A stretch of DNA of 64,000 nucleotides from Sedimentisphaerales bacterium (GTDB lineage Bacteria > Planctomycetota > Phycisphaerae > Sedimentisphaerales > SM23-30): NCBI GenBank assembly GCA_963663965.2, contig CAXXFK010000033.1:64001-128000 (forward strand). The letters run 5' to 3'. This document shows, piece after piece, positions 20,129 to 29,207 of this stretch. A program made the position numbers and the translations under genes. How positions within the stretch are numbered: the first letter of the stretch is position 1; every line of letters begins with the position of its first letter. The notes under the pieces were generated by a model. That model was given only the letters and a program-made list of their open reading frames with translations. It did no database searches and was not told the origin of the DNA.

Positions 20129-23100
20129 ATGTCCGATTATATCTTAGGATTGGATCTGGGACCTACCTCTGTTGGCTGGGCTGCAATTCTGATAGATAAA
20201 GATGGCAACCCAACCGGATTTGCACAGATAAAAAATGGACAGGAATCTATGCCAGCAATTGGTGTGCGAATATTCGAAGCTGGTGTCGAAAATCTGGGAC
20301 AAGGTAGTCAGGAGAAACCTAAAAACCTGGACCGACGAGTAAGTCGATCAACTCGAAGGCTTCTACGCCGCAAAAGAGGGCGTTATTTGCGGGTAAAAAA
20401 ACTTTTGCAGGAAAACAATATTATACCAACGCAAAAGGAAAGTATGGATCTTTTAAACCAAAAAGATCCTTATGAGCTTAGGGACAAGGCGATAACTAAA
20501 CAAATTGGATTGGATGAATTGGGGCGAATAATTTTACACATAACCCGGCGTCGCGGTTTTAAATCCAACCGAAAGACACCAGATAAAGATGCCTCAATGG
20601 GGGAAATTAAAAAGGGTATCAATAGACTCAAAGAAGATAGCAAAGAAAAAACATTGGGGCAATTCTGGTACGCGCAGATACAAGACAAACCCCTTGATCC
20701 AATAAGGAATCGTCAGGGCGGGTATCACTGGGTGGCTCATAGAGACCAATATATCGAGGAATTGCGGACTATCTATGAGAAGCAGAAAAACTATTATCCA
20801 ACCCAATTAACGGAAACCCTATATCAAAAATTAAATCAAACCATTTTTTTTCAGCAAACTTACGAGTTATCCAAGCGGAAGAAACGTAAAGTGATCGGGA
20901 TGTGTTCGTTGATTAAGGGGCAACGGCGTTGTTCCCTGGCGGACCGGAGAGCACAGGAATTTCGGCTCTTGCAAAAAATCAATGATTTAAAAATAATTAT
21001 CAATGGGAAAGAATATCCACTTAAAAAAGATCAGCATCAAATTTTGTATGCCTATCTAATGGAACACAAAGAGGCTAAATTTGATAAAATTCGTGATTTA
21101 CTTAACTTGCCGGATGATGTTCGTTTTAATTTACATTATAAAACAAATGATAAGATACTAGGAAATGTTATCGATTCATATTTTTGCGGAAAAAAAATAT
21201 TCGGCTGCAAACAGTGGAAAACTTTAGAGGAAAATGAAAAAGAAGATATCTGGCAATATTATATTAAAGAGTATTTAAGCGATCATAGCGACCTCAGTGC
21301 CGATGAACTTAAATCATATTATGAGAAGAAGTATGGATTAACTGTTAAAGAGGCAAAGGCGTTCGATTCATTTATGCTGCCAATGGGAAATGTCAGCTAT
21401 AGCGCCAAAGTTCTCGATATCATCCTGCCGGATATGCGCAAGGGGATGGGCTTGTATGATGCCATTCAGGGCAAATTTAAGAAAAAATGGCGGTGTTTAA
21501 AAGAATTACCTCTTCCAATTAAAGCCAACGATTTTCATAGCACTAATCCGATTGTTGTATCCACGTTGCATCAAGTCAGGAAAGTTGTCAATGGGCTTAT
21601 ACGGGAGTTAGGCAAACCTCGAGAGATCGTCTTAGAAATGACACGTGATTTGAAAGCGAATGCAGAACGCAGAGCAGAAATTCAGAAGGATCAAAAGCAC
21701 AATCAAGATGAACGAAAAAGCTGTGAAAAGCAAATCAGGATAGAATTCGGATATGATGAAACTGTAGCAATATCGACACGCGATATTACAAAATACAGAT
21801 TATGGGAAAGCCAAAAGCATTTATGCGCTTACTCTCTTAAGCGCATAGAGCTAAGCGAATTATTTACTCGAAATATCGAGATTGATCATATTATTCCGGA
21901 ATCTATGAGTCTGGATAATACGATGTGGAACAAAGTAGTTTGTTTTGCCAAGGAGAATCAGGATAAGGGGCAAAGAACCCCAATAGACTGGCTGGGAGAG
22001 CAATCGGAGCGATTTCAAACACTCATGGTTGCAATCAAAAAAGGATCGTTGGGTAACGATACTCGAAAATGGGAAAGGTATTCAATTCGGGCAAAAGACA
22101 TCACGGATAAATACACACCAGAAAGGCTGCTACGAGATACCAGTTTTATAGCGACACTTGTTCGTGATTATCTAAAACGTCTGTACCCCCATCATACAGC
22201 AGATCAATGTGTTCGGACTACTAAAGGCGGCGTAACGGCAGAATTGAGGAATGTATGGGATATTAACCCTATCTTGGCAGATGGAGCAATAGATAAAAAG
22301 AACCGTGACGATTTGCGTCATCATGCTGTGGATGCGGCCGTTATCGCAGTTACGTCAGTTGGAATGATTCAGAAAGTGACCCGTGCGTGGCAACAGATAT
22401 GGCCCAGGCGCCCTTATGCAAGCGGAAATATTCCATTTCCGTGGCCCAGTTATGTTGACGATTTGCTGAAGGTCGTTGCAGGGATTAATGTGTCGCACCG
22501 GGTACAACGAAAAGTAAGCGGCGCTTTACACAAGGACAATATATACCATCTGGAAACTAATGGACCCAATGCCGGCAAATATACAAAGCGACAACCGTTA
22601 AACAAAATTACTAGAAAAAATGCGGAAAGTATTTGCGACCGGAGCTTACGCGAATTTATTATAAAGCATTTAGAAGATCATGGAAACGACACAATCAGGG
22701 CATTTGCGGAGCCGTTATTATGGCATTGCAAAGATGGTCGTGAAGTCATGATCAAATCAGTAAGATGTAATACTGATTATAAATCTTTATTGAAAATCAA
22801 AGAAAATGCCTATGTTCAATCGGACAAAAACCACCATATAGAAATTTTCAGAGGGAAGGTCAAGGGTAAAGTCGAATATTTTCATAAAGTCTATTCCATC
22901 TGGGAGGTGAGTCAGCAATTGTTAAAGATGAGAGGAAAAAGATCACAAGGAGAAACGGGACGGGCTATCATAACAAGACAAAAGCCTTGCCCTGATAATC
23001 TCGAGGTATCTGATATGGAGTTCGTAATGTCGCTGGCCAAAGGTGAGTCGATTTTAATTGACGATAAGAAAGTAGAAAACCAGCAGATATTAGCCAGAGT

Positions 23101-23302
23101 CAGAGATTTTAATTCGGGAGGTGATAGTCTTAGTTCTGTTGAGCTTAATATTGTTGGGCATACTTTAGCCAGAGTTGAAGGAAAGATTGTCAAGGATACC
23201 GCGAATGCCTATCGGTTGCGTAATATCAATGAATTAGCCAAGTTGCATGTGAGAAAAGTTTCGGTGGATCCTTTGGGGCGGATACGGTGGGCCAATGATT
23301 AA
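20129..23302 (+). CDS. cas9: Type II-C Cas9 (1057 aa), catalytic motifs intact
   Basis: RuvC-I LGLDLGPTSVGWA, Arg-rich bridge helix, RRGFKSNRK, RuvC-II IVLEMTRD, HNH EIDHIIP..NKV..ENQDKG, RuvC-III RHHAVDA. Confidence 0.98.
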   Translation: MSDYILGLDLGPTSVGWAAILIDKDGNPTGFAQIKNGQESMPAIGVRIFEAGVENLGQGSQEKPKNLDRRVSRSTRRLLRRKRGRYLRVKKLLQENNIIPTQKESMDLLNQKDPYELRDKAITKQIGLDELGRIILHITRRRGFKSNRKTPDKDASMGEIKKGINRLKEDSKEKTLGQFWYAQIQDKPLDPIRNRQGGYHWVAHRDQYIEELRTIYEKQKNYYPTQLTETLYQKLNQTIFFQQTYELSKRKKRKVIGMCSLIKGQRRCSLADRRAQEFRLLQKINDLKIIINGKEYPLKKDQHQILYAYLMEHKEAKFDKIRDLLNLPDDVRFNLHYKTNDKILGNVIDSYFCGKKIFGCKQWKTLEENEKEDIWQYYIKEYLSDHSDLSADELKSYYEKKYGLTVKEAKAFDSFMLPMGNVSYSAKVLDIILPDMRKGMGLYDAIQGKFKKKWRCLKELPLPIKANDFHSTNPIVVSTLHQVRKVVNGLIRELGKPREIVLEMTRDLKANAERRAEIQKDQKHNQDERKSCEKQIRIEFGYDETVAISTRDITKYRLWESQKHLCAYSLKRIELSELFTRNIEIDHIIPESMSLDNTMWNKVVCFAKENQDKGQRTPIDWLGEQSERFQTLMVAIKKGSLGNDTRKWERYSIRAKDITDKYTPERLLRDTSFIATLVRDYLKRLYPHHTADQCVRTTKGGVTAELRNVWDINPILADGAIDKKNRDDLRHHAVDAAVIAVTSVGMIQKVTRAWQQIWPRRPYASGNIPFPWPSYVDDLLKVVAGINVSHRVQRKVSGALHKDNIYHLETNGPNAGKYTKRQPLNKITRKNAESICDRSLREFIIKHLEDHGNDTIRAFAEPLLWHCKDGREVMIKSVRCNTDYKSLLKIKENAYVQSDKNHHIEIFRGKVKGKVEYFHKVYSIWEVSQQLLKMRGKRSQGETGRAIITRQKPCPDNLEVSDMEFVMSLAKGESILIDDKKVENQQILARVRDFNSGGDSLSSVELNIVGHTLARVEGKIVKDTANAYRLRNINELAKLHVRKVSVDPLGRIRWAND

Positions 23303-24194
23303 ACGGATTATTGAAATCTCCAAAGCCAAAACATATCTGTCAGTTAGAAATGAGCAACTCATTATCAGGCAGGAAGAGGAATTATCGGCGCAAATTCCCT
23401 GCGAAGATGTCGGGTTATTGATTATCGATCATAACGGGACGACTTACACTCACAGTGTTTTTACGAATCTGATTAAGCATGGGGCCGCAATAGTGTTTTG
23501 CGGAAGCGATCATCATCCATGCGGTTATTTATTGCCAACCGCACATAATAGTTTGCAGAGCGCAAGGTTAAGGTATCAAATTGCCGCAAGTGAACCACTA
23601 AAGAAAAGATTATGGAAACAAATTATCAAGGCAAAAATTTTTCATCAGGCCTCTGTGGTTGGTGAAGAAAGCAGCGCTTATGCAGGGCTAAGAGCATTAG
23701 CCCGTCAGGTTAAAAGCGGGGACCCCGACAACAAGGAAGCCCAAGCCAGTAAATTATTCTGGAAATATTTTCTGGCAGAAAGCCGATTCCGACGCGGCCG
23801 GGACGGACCAGCTCCCAATAACCTGCTCAATTATGGTTATGCCATTTTAAGAGCAGCGATAGCACGAGCAATAGTCGGTTCAGGATTGAATCCTTCTATT
23901 GGCATTAAACATTGCAGTCAATATAATGCTTTTTGTCTGGCAGATGACCTTATCGAACCTTTTCGTGGTTTTATTGAAGCAAAAGTATTAAATATATGGC
24001 AAGAGGTTCGGGAGGGGGAAGAAGCGGATGAGTTAAGCCAGGCTATGAAATCGCAATTATTGGAGGTGTTATATCAGCAGGTTAAATTCGGGGATTATTC
24101 CGGTCCTTTAATGGTCGGCTTGCATCGGGTAACCGGAGCGTTGGTCAAATGTTATACTGGAGAAGAAAAACAATTGGTATTACCTGATTTATGA
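23295..24194 (+). CDS. cas1: Type II Cas1
   Basis: SGDPDNKEAQAS, NNLLNYGYAILR, GIKH..NAFCLADDLIEPFR. Confidence 0.97.
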   Translation: MIKRIIEISKAKTYLSVRNEQLIIRQEEELSAQIPCEDVGLLIIDHNGTTYTHSVFTNLIKHGAAIVFCGSDHHPCGYLLPTAHNSLQSARLRYQIAASEPLKKRLWKQIIKAKIFHQASVVGEESSAYAGLRALARQVKSGDPDNKEAQASKLFWKYFLAESRFRRGRDGPAPNNLLNYGYAILRAAIARAIVGSGLNPSIGIKHCSQYNAFCLADDLIEPFRGFIEAKVLNIWQEVREGEEADELSQAMKSQLLEVLYQQVKFGDYSGPLMVGLHRVTGALVKCYTGEEKQLVLPDL

Positions 24195-24529
24195 TAGAAC
24201 TGAGTTTAAGTGGATATCGAGTTGTGTGGATTATTGCCATGTTTGATTTGCCTACGGACACCAAACAGGCCAAAAAGGATTACGCCTTGTTTAGGAAGAA
24301 TCTTTTGAAAGATGGATTTGCTATGTTACAATATTCGGTATATGTCAGGCATTGCGCCAGTGAGGAAAACGCCGATGTACATTTTGAACGGGTCAAGAAT
24401 TTTCTGCCACCGGAAGGTGAGGTTCGATTGCTTAAGATTACTGACAAGCAATATGGGCGTATTGAGACCTACTGGGGAAAGAAAAGAAAACCACAAGAAC
24501 CGACCCCAAAACAGTTGGAGCTGTTCTGA
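24191..24529 (+). CDS. cas2: Cas2
   Basis: MFDLPT..FRKNLLKDGFAMLQYSVY..ITDKQY..QLELF; no csn2 or cas4, consistent with II-C. Confidence 0.97.
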   Translation: MIELSLSGYRVVWIIAMFDLPTDTKQAKKDYALFRKNLLKDGFAMLQYSVYVRHCASEENADVHFERVKNFLPPEGEVRLLKITDKQYGRIETYWGKKRKPQEPTPKQLELF

Positions 24530-24585
24530 AAAAATATCTAAAAAACACCATAAATATCATGGTTTCATTGGGTTATGGAAAATGT

Positions 24586-25744
24586 AGTGTAAATAATCTT
24601 GGCCTGTTGTCAATCCACAACATTACGGACCCCGCAATAATTAAAAATAATAGTGTAAATAATCTTGGCCTGTTGTCAATCCACAACCTGGGATAAATCG
24701 GCTACTTCTACCGGAGAGTGTAAATAATCTTGGCCTGTTGTCAATCCACAACGTATTAGCGTCAGCGGCCACAAGTAATCCAAGTGTAAATAATCTTGGC
24801 CTGTTGTCAATCCACAACAAAACCATCTCCATATAATCAAATTCTGTCAGTGTAAATAATCTTGGCCTGTTGTCAATCCACAACTTCTGGCCCTTTACGT
24901 GCAAATAACGGCAGAGTGTAAATAATCTTGGCCTGTTGTCAATCCACAACATGTATGCCTCATCGAATCCAATGTTAGTAAGTGTAAATAATCTTGGCCT
25001 GTTGTCAATCCACAACTCCGGTGACCTACGATTACACCGATACTATAGTGTAAATAATCTTGGCCTGTTGTCAATCCACAACCCGGCTATCCGATCCGGT
25101 TGCTGTGCCATAAGTGTAAATAATCTTGGCCTGTTGTCAATCCACAACTCTAACTCGACATAACTTTCTGGGCTTTCAAGTGTAAATAATCTTGGCCTGT
25201 TGTCAATCCACAACCTTGTGGATGCTGCCAAATAATCTGGATCAAGTGTAAATAATCTTGGCCTGTTGTCAATCCACAACTAATTAGACAATTTACGACA
25301 ATAGATAAACAGTGTAAATAATCTTGGCCTGTTGTCAATCCACAACGAAATGAGCAGTTTAAACGATGAAATCATAGTGTAAATAATCTTGGCCTGTTGT
25401 CAATCCACAACTCCACGATTACCATGTCGGGGCGCAAGGATAGTGTAAATAATCTTGGCCTGTTGTCAATCCACAACGAGGCCCATAGGATCAGCGGAGA
25501 ATTGTTAAGTGTAAATAATCTTGGCCTGTTGTCAATCCACAACAACCAATTTCTATCTTAACAACCTCGTTGTCAAAGTGTAAATAATCTTGGCCTGTTG
25601 TCAATCCACAACAAACGGTCAACAACAGCGCGGCGCTGGCCAAGTGTAAATAATCTTGGCCTGTTGTCAATCCACAACAGTGGCTTGGGTGGAACTCCAG
25701 CCAGCCCGAGTGTAAATAATCTTGGCCTGTTGTCAATCCACAAC
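24586..25744 (-). CRISPR. CRISPR array: 18 identical 36-bp repeats, 17 spacers (14x30, 2x29, 1x33 bp)
   Basis: Repeat on + is AGTGTAAATAATCTTGGCCTGTTGTCAATCCACAAC. crRNA sense inferred as minus (GTTGTGG...TACACT) from tracr complementarity and the embedded promoter. Confidence 0.99.
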
Positions 25745-25758
25745 TAAAGAAAGCTGAT

Positions 25759-26182
25759 TTGGAGAAATTAAAGAAGGGCAACCACGGGGGGATTGCCCGT
25801 ACGGAGGGAATTTCACGGACGTTCACGGACCGGCACAGACGGGCACGGACGGGTATGGGGGAATCGTGGGCGGGATGGTTGTGGTGTGGAGAGAGGTTTG
25901 AGAATTGAAAAATAAACAAAACGGGTGGGTGATGGAGGAATGCGTGGGGGAAATTGGGGATTGAATGGGAGGGGGGTGTGAATTGGAGAAATTAAAGAAG
26001 GGCAACCACGGGGGGATTGCCCGTACAGGGGGGGAAGATAATCACGGGCAAGATGCCCGTGCCACGGGGGGTTGCCTGGACGGGGGGGAAGAATCGGGGG
26101 AGGGCAACCACGGGGGGATTGCCCGTACGGGGGGGAAGATAATCACGGGCAAGATGCCCGTGCCACGGGGGGTTGCCCGTAC
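25759..26182 (-). repeat. REP/BIME-like cluster of two palindrome families
   Basis: GGGCAACCACGGGGGGATTGCCC-GTAC at 25776, 26000 and 26102; CACGGGCAAGATGCCCGTG-CCAC at 26043 and 26144; 10-bp-period motif at 25814-25850. Confidence 0.85.
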
Positions 26183-26185
26183 GGG

Positions 26186-27631
26186 TTATGCCTGATAGTT
26201 GGGGTTGGGTCTGGGCATTCTGGCTTGGGTGTGTTGGAGCCAGGCAGTGAGTTTCTGTTCGAGTTGCTGGACTTTATCGGGGAGTTGATCGGCGAGGTTG
26301 GTGGATTCGGGGAGGTCCTCTTTTAGATTGAACAGTTCGATGGTGTTGGGGCCGTCGTAGTGTTTGATCAGCTTCCAGTGGCCGCTGCGGATGGCGCTGT
26401 AGGGGAATTCGTAAGCGCCGCGGTAGTGGGGGAAGTGCCAGAAGAGATCGGAGCGGGTGAGTTGGGATTGGCCGGTGAGTTCACCGAGCAGGCTGACGCC
26501 GTCGATTTCGCGGCCTGCGGGCAGGGGGCGGCCGACGATCTGGCAGATGGTGGGCAGGACGTCGATGCTGCAAATGGGGGTGGCGCTGGTGGTATTGGCG
26601 GGGATGACGCCGGGCCATTTGAACAGCCAGGGTTCGCGAACGCCGCCTTCGTAAGCGTAGCCTTTGCCCGCGCGGAGGGGCTGGTTGTCGGTGATGGGTT
26701 CGAGGCCGCCGTTGTCGGAGGTGAAGATGACCAGGGTGTTACTGGTGAGGTTGAGGGCTTCGATTTTGTTGAGCATGGCGCCGACGGCGTCGTCGACACT
26801 CTTGATCATGGCGGCGTAATCGGCGCGGAGGTGTTCCCAGCCGGCGGGTTTGGGTTTGTTTTTGAAATAGTCGGTGTAGTCTTTGCGGGCCTGAATGGGG
26901 GTGTGGACGGCGTAATGGGCCATGTAAAGGAAGAAGGGTTTATTGTTGGCGGCGGCGTTCTGGATGAAATTGACGGCTTCGTCGGCCAGCCGGTCGGTCA
27001 GGTATTCGCCTTCCTGGCGGTCGGGGAGAGTGGGGATCTGGCAGGGATCGAAATAGCCTTTGAAGGGATGGCCCCAACTGCAGCCGCCGATATTGATGTC
27101 GAAGCCTTGAGAGGGCGGGTAGAAGCTGGTGCCGCCCAGGTGCCATTTGCCGATGTGACCGGTCTGGTAATCGCATTGCTTGAGGACTTCGGCAATGGTG
27201 ACATCCGCGGGTTCGAGGAAGACATGATTTTGGGGGGTGTCGAGTTTCCATTTGGGATTGGTGTCGAAGCCCTGGGGGTTTTCGGTGGCTTCGCTGGGCC
27301 GGATCCAGTCGGTGATCCCGATGCGGGCCGGGTAGCGGCCGGTGAGCAGGGCGGCCCGAGTGGGTGAACAGACGCAACAGGCGGCGTAGCCATCGGTGAA
27401 CTCCATGCCCTGGGTGCGGAGTTTATCGATATTGGGGGATTCGTACCAGGTGTTGCCGTAGCGGCGGGCCGTATAGGCGACGTCGGCCCAGCCGAGGTCA
27501 TCAATATGGATGAGGAGAATGTTGGGCTTGCGGGGCTTGAAGGCGGCTTTGGTCATCTGGCAACCCAGCGTGGGTAAGAGGGTGGAGAGTCCTGCTATGC
27601 CTGCGGTTTTGAGGAATGCTCTGCGGTTCAT
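26186..27631 (-). CDS. Tat-exported arylsulfatase (family S1, Cys-type)
   Basis: MNRRAFLK twin-arginine; PNILLIHIDDLG, CSPTRAALLTGRY (CxPxR), GKWHLG, TSDNGG, YEGGVR. Confidence 0.95.
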   Translation of the reverse strand: MNRRAFLKTAGIAGLSTLLPTLGCQMTKAAFKPRKPNILLIHIDDLGWADVAYTARRYGNTWYESPNIDKLRTQGMEFTDGYAACCVCSPTRAALLTGRYPARIGITDWIRPSEATENPQGFDTNPKWKLDTPQNHVFLEPADVTIAEVLKQCDYQTGHIGKWHLGGTSFYPPSQGFDINIGGCSWGHPFKGYFDPCQIPTLPDRQEGEYLTDRLADEAVNFIQNAAANNKPFFLYMAHYAVHTPIQARKDYTDYFKNKPKPAGWEHLRADYAAMIKSVDDAVGAMLNKIEALNLTSNTLVIFTSDNGGLEPITDNQPLRAGKGYAYEGGVREPWLFKWPGVIPANTTSATPICSIDVLPTICQIVGRPLPAGREIDGVSLLGELTGQSQLTRSDLFWHFPHYRGAYEFPYSAIRSGHWKLIKHYDGPNTIELFNLKEDLPESTNLADQLPDKVQQLEQKLTAWLQHTQARMPRPNPNYQA

Positions 27632-27841
27632 GGGGTGGCCTCGTTTCTGTGGATCAAATCGTAATAGAGGAAATTGGTTTACAGTGATATTCCGTTGTTT
27701 ATGATATGGCCAGGATGAGTTTAATGGGTTTTTTGGAGAGTTTCCAGTGAAAAGGATAAAAGGGTAGTGTCATTTAACTTTAATTTTCACAAGTGGTTAT
27801 GGTGGAATAGGGTAAGGGTGGAATTTTAATGACTTTTTTCT

Positions 27842-27891
27842 TTGAACAGAGGGCAGTATTTTGCGTATAATTAGATGCAACTGAGTTGCGT
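27842..27891 (+). promoter_or_regulatory. sigma70 promoter with adjacent palindromic operator (candidate Zur/Fur-family box)
   Basis: TTGAAC-N18-TATAAT (27842-27871), followed 3 bp later by ATGCAAC-TGA-GTTGCGT (27875-27891). Confidence 0.65.
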
Positions 27892-27922
27892 TAAGAATTT
27901 TGAACCGTTACTGTGGAGTTTT

Positions 27923-28789
27923 ATGGAAAAGCAATCACGTTTCAGGCATATATTACAAGAGCTTCTGTGTCACAGTCCTTATACGATGGTGGGCGCGGTG
28001 GCGGGAATCGCGTTTATGCTGATTTTCCGTCATTTTGGCCAGGAGGCGGGATCGACGCTGTTTCGGGTGTTTCATCCGGCCCATGTGGTTTTGTCGGCGA
28101 TGGTGACGGCTTCGCTGTTCCGGATCCACAGTATCAAGAAATCATTTATTACGGTGCTGCTGGTGGGTTATTTCGGATCGATCGGGATTGCGACGCTGAG
28201 CGATTGTGTGATTCCATTTTTTGGTGAAGAGATATTAGGGGTGGCGGTGCCCTCTCATGCCGAGATTCATGACGCGCCGGAAGTGGAAGCGGGGCATGTG
28301 CATGGTCCGGATTGTGATCATGAGGCGGAGATGGTGGCTGTTGCGGAACAGGATGAGCACGAGCATGCACTGGCCGCGGAAGGAGAGGAAGAGCCCGACC
28401 ACGCGCATGGTTCGGTTCATGATCATGCCCACGGATTGCATCTGGGCTTTATCGAGGAGTGGTATCTGGTGAATCCGGCGGCGCTGCTGGGGATATTCAT
28501 CGCGATGTGGGTGCCGCGTACCCGGTTTCCGCATGCGATGCATGTGTTGGTGAGTACCTGGGCGTCGTCGGCGCATATGTTGATGAATACGCAGGCGGAG
28601 CTGACCGGGATGATTCTGCTGGGGATGTTTGTGGTGCTGTTTATCGCGGTGTGGCTGCCATGCTGTGTGAGCGATATTGTATTTCCATTGCTGTTTGTGA
28701 AGGGAGATATCGGGATGGCGTGCCGCTGCCGTTGTGCGCATCATGATGAAGAAACTGCCGGGGAGCATGGCCATGAAGCCGTCTGCTGA
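27923..28789 (+). CDS. Polytopic membrane protein with His/Glu-rich loop (putative metal transporter)
   Basis: About 6 hydrophobic segments; HPAHV, HVHGPDCDHE, HAHGSVHDHAHGLH, PCCVSD. ATG 27923 has GGAG upstream. Confidence 0.7.
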   Translation: MEKQSRFRHILQELLCHSPYTMVGAVAGIAFMLIFRHFGQEAGSTLFRVFHPAHVVLSAMVTASLFRIHSIKKSFITVLLVGYFGSIGIATLSDCVIPFFGEEILGVAVPSHAEIHDAPEVEAGHVHGPDCDHEAEMVAVAEQDEHEHALAAEGEEEPDHAHGSVHDHAHGLHLGFIEEWYLVNPAALLGIFIAMWVPRTRFPHAMHVLVSTWASSAHMLMNTQAELTGMILLGMFVVLFIAVWLPCCVSDIVFPLLFVKGDIGMACRCRCAHHDEETAGEHGHEAVC

Positions 28790-29207
28790 AGTGGAGGTGC
28801 GGGCACGCAAGATGCTGAGCGCGGCCGGTTTGCGCTGTACTCCGGGACGCATGGGGATTATCGAGGCGCTGATGGGAGGCGGTGGGCCGATGTCGGAGCA
28901 GCAGATATTGGATGAGATGGGAAAGACCGGATTGAATAAGACCACGGTGTACCGGGCGATCCATAGTTTTGTGGAGAATGGGATTGTGCATCAGGCCTAT
29001 ATCAAGGACCGGACGGCGTTTTTTGAGTTGGGCCATCGCTGCGGTCATCGGCAGTGTCATCCGCATTTTACCTGCACGCAATGCGGCAAGACGGAGTGTC
29101 TGCCGGAGACGCATCTGCCGCTGGCGGAGGTGGCGGGAGGGTTTAAGGTCACGCGACAGAAAGTGGAACTGGAAGGATTGTGTCCGAAGTGTCATGAGAA
29201 TTGCTAA
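28773..29207 (+). CDS. Fur-family metalloregulator (Zur-like)
   Basis: GLRCTPGR, TTVYRAIHSF, HPHFTCTQCGK, GLCPKC. Start at 28773 chosen from the GGGAG RBS. Confidence 0.9.
   Translation: MKPSAEVEVRARKMLSAAGLRCTPGRMGIIEALMGGGGPMSEQQILDEMGKTGLNKTTVYRAIHSFVENGIVHQAYIKDRTAFFELGHRCGHRQCHPHFTCTQCGKTECLPETHLPLAEVAGGFKVTRQKVELEGLCPKCHENC

Noticed and set aside
24641..25919. Track ORFs with repeating WIDNRPRLFTL / CGLTTGQDYLH peptides
   Set aside because: These are translations of CRISPR repeats, not proteins.
26219..26247. Partial match of spacer 17 (TGGCTTGGGTG, 11 nt) to the sulfatase gene as self-targeting
   Set aside because: The two PAM-proximal bases mismatch and the rest aligns only with a gap; consistent with chance. 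A by-eye search cannot exclude other matches.
26360..27367. Long antisense ORFs over the sulfatase (similar ones over IS630, the oxidoreductase, RAYT and the giant gene)
   Set aside because: Shadow ORFs from biased codon usage; no motifs, and the opposite strand has clear family signatures.
27875..27922. Track start of the membrane protein at 27875
   Set aside because: That ATG is inside the operator just after the -10 box; ATG 27923 has an RBS.
28969..29193. N-terminal extension of the 191-aa track ORF
   Set aside because: Overlaps fur out of frame; the credible protein starts at ATG 29194.
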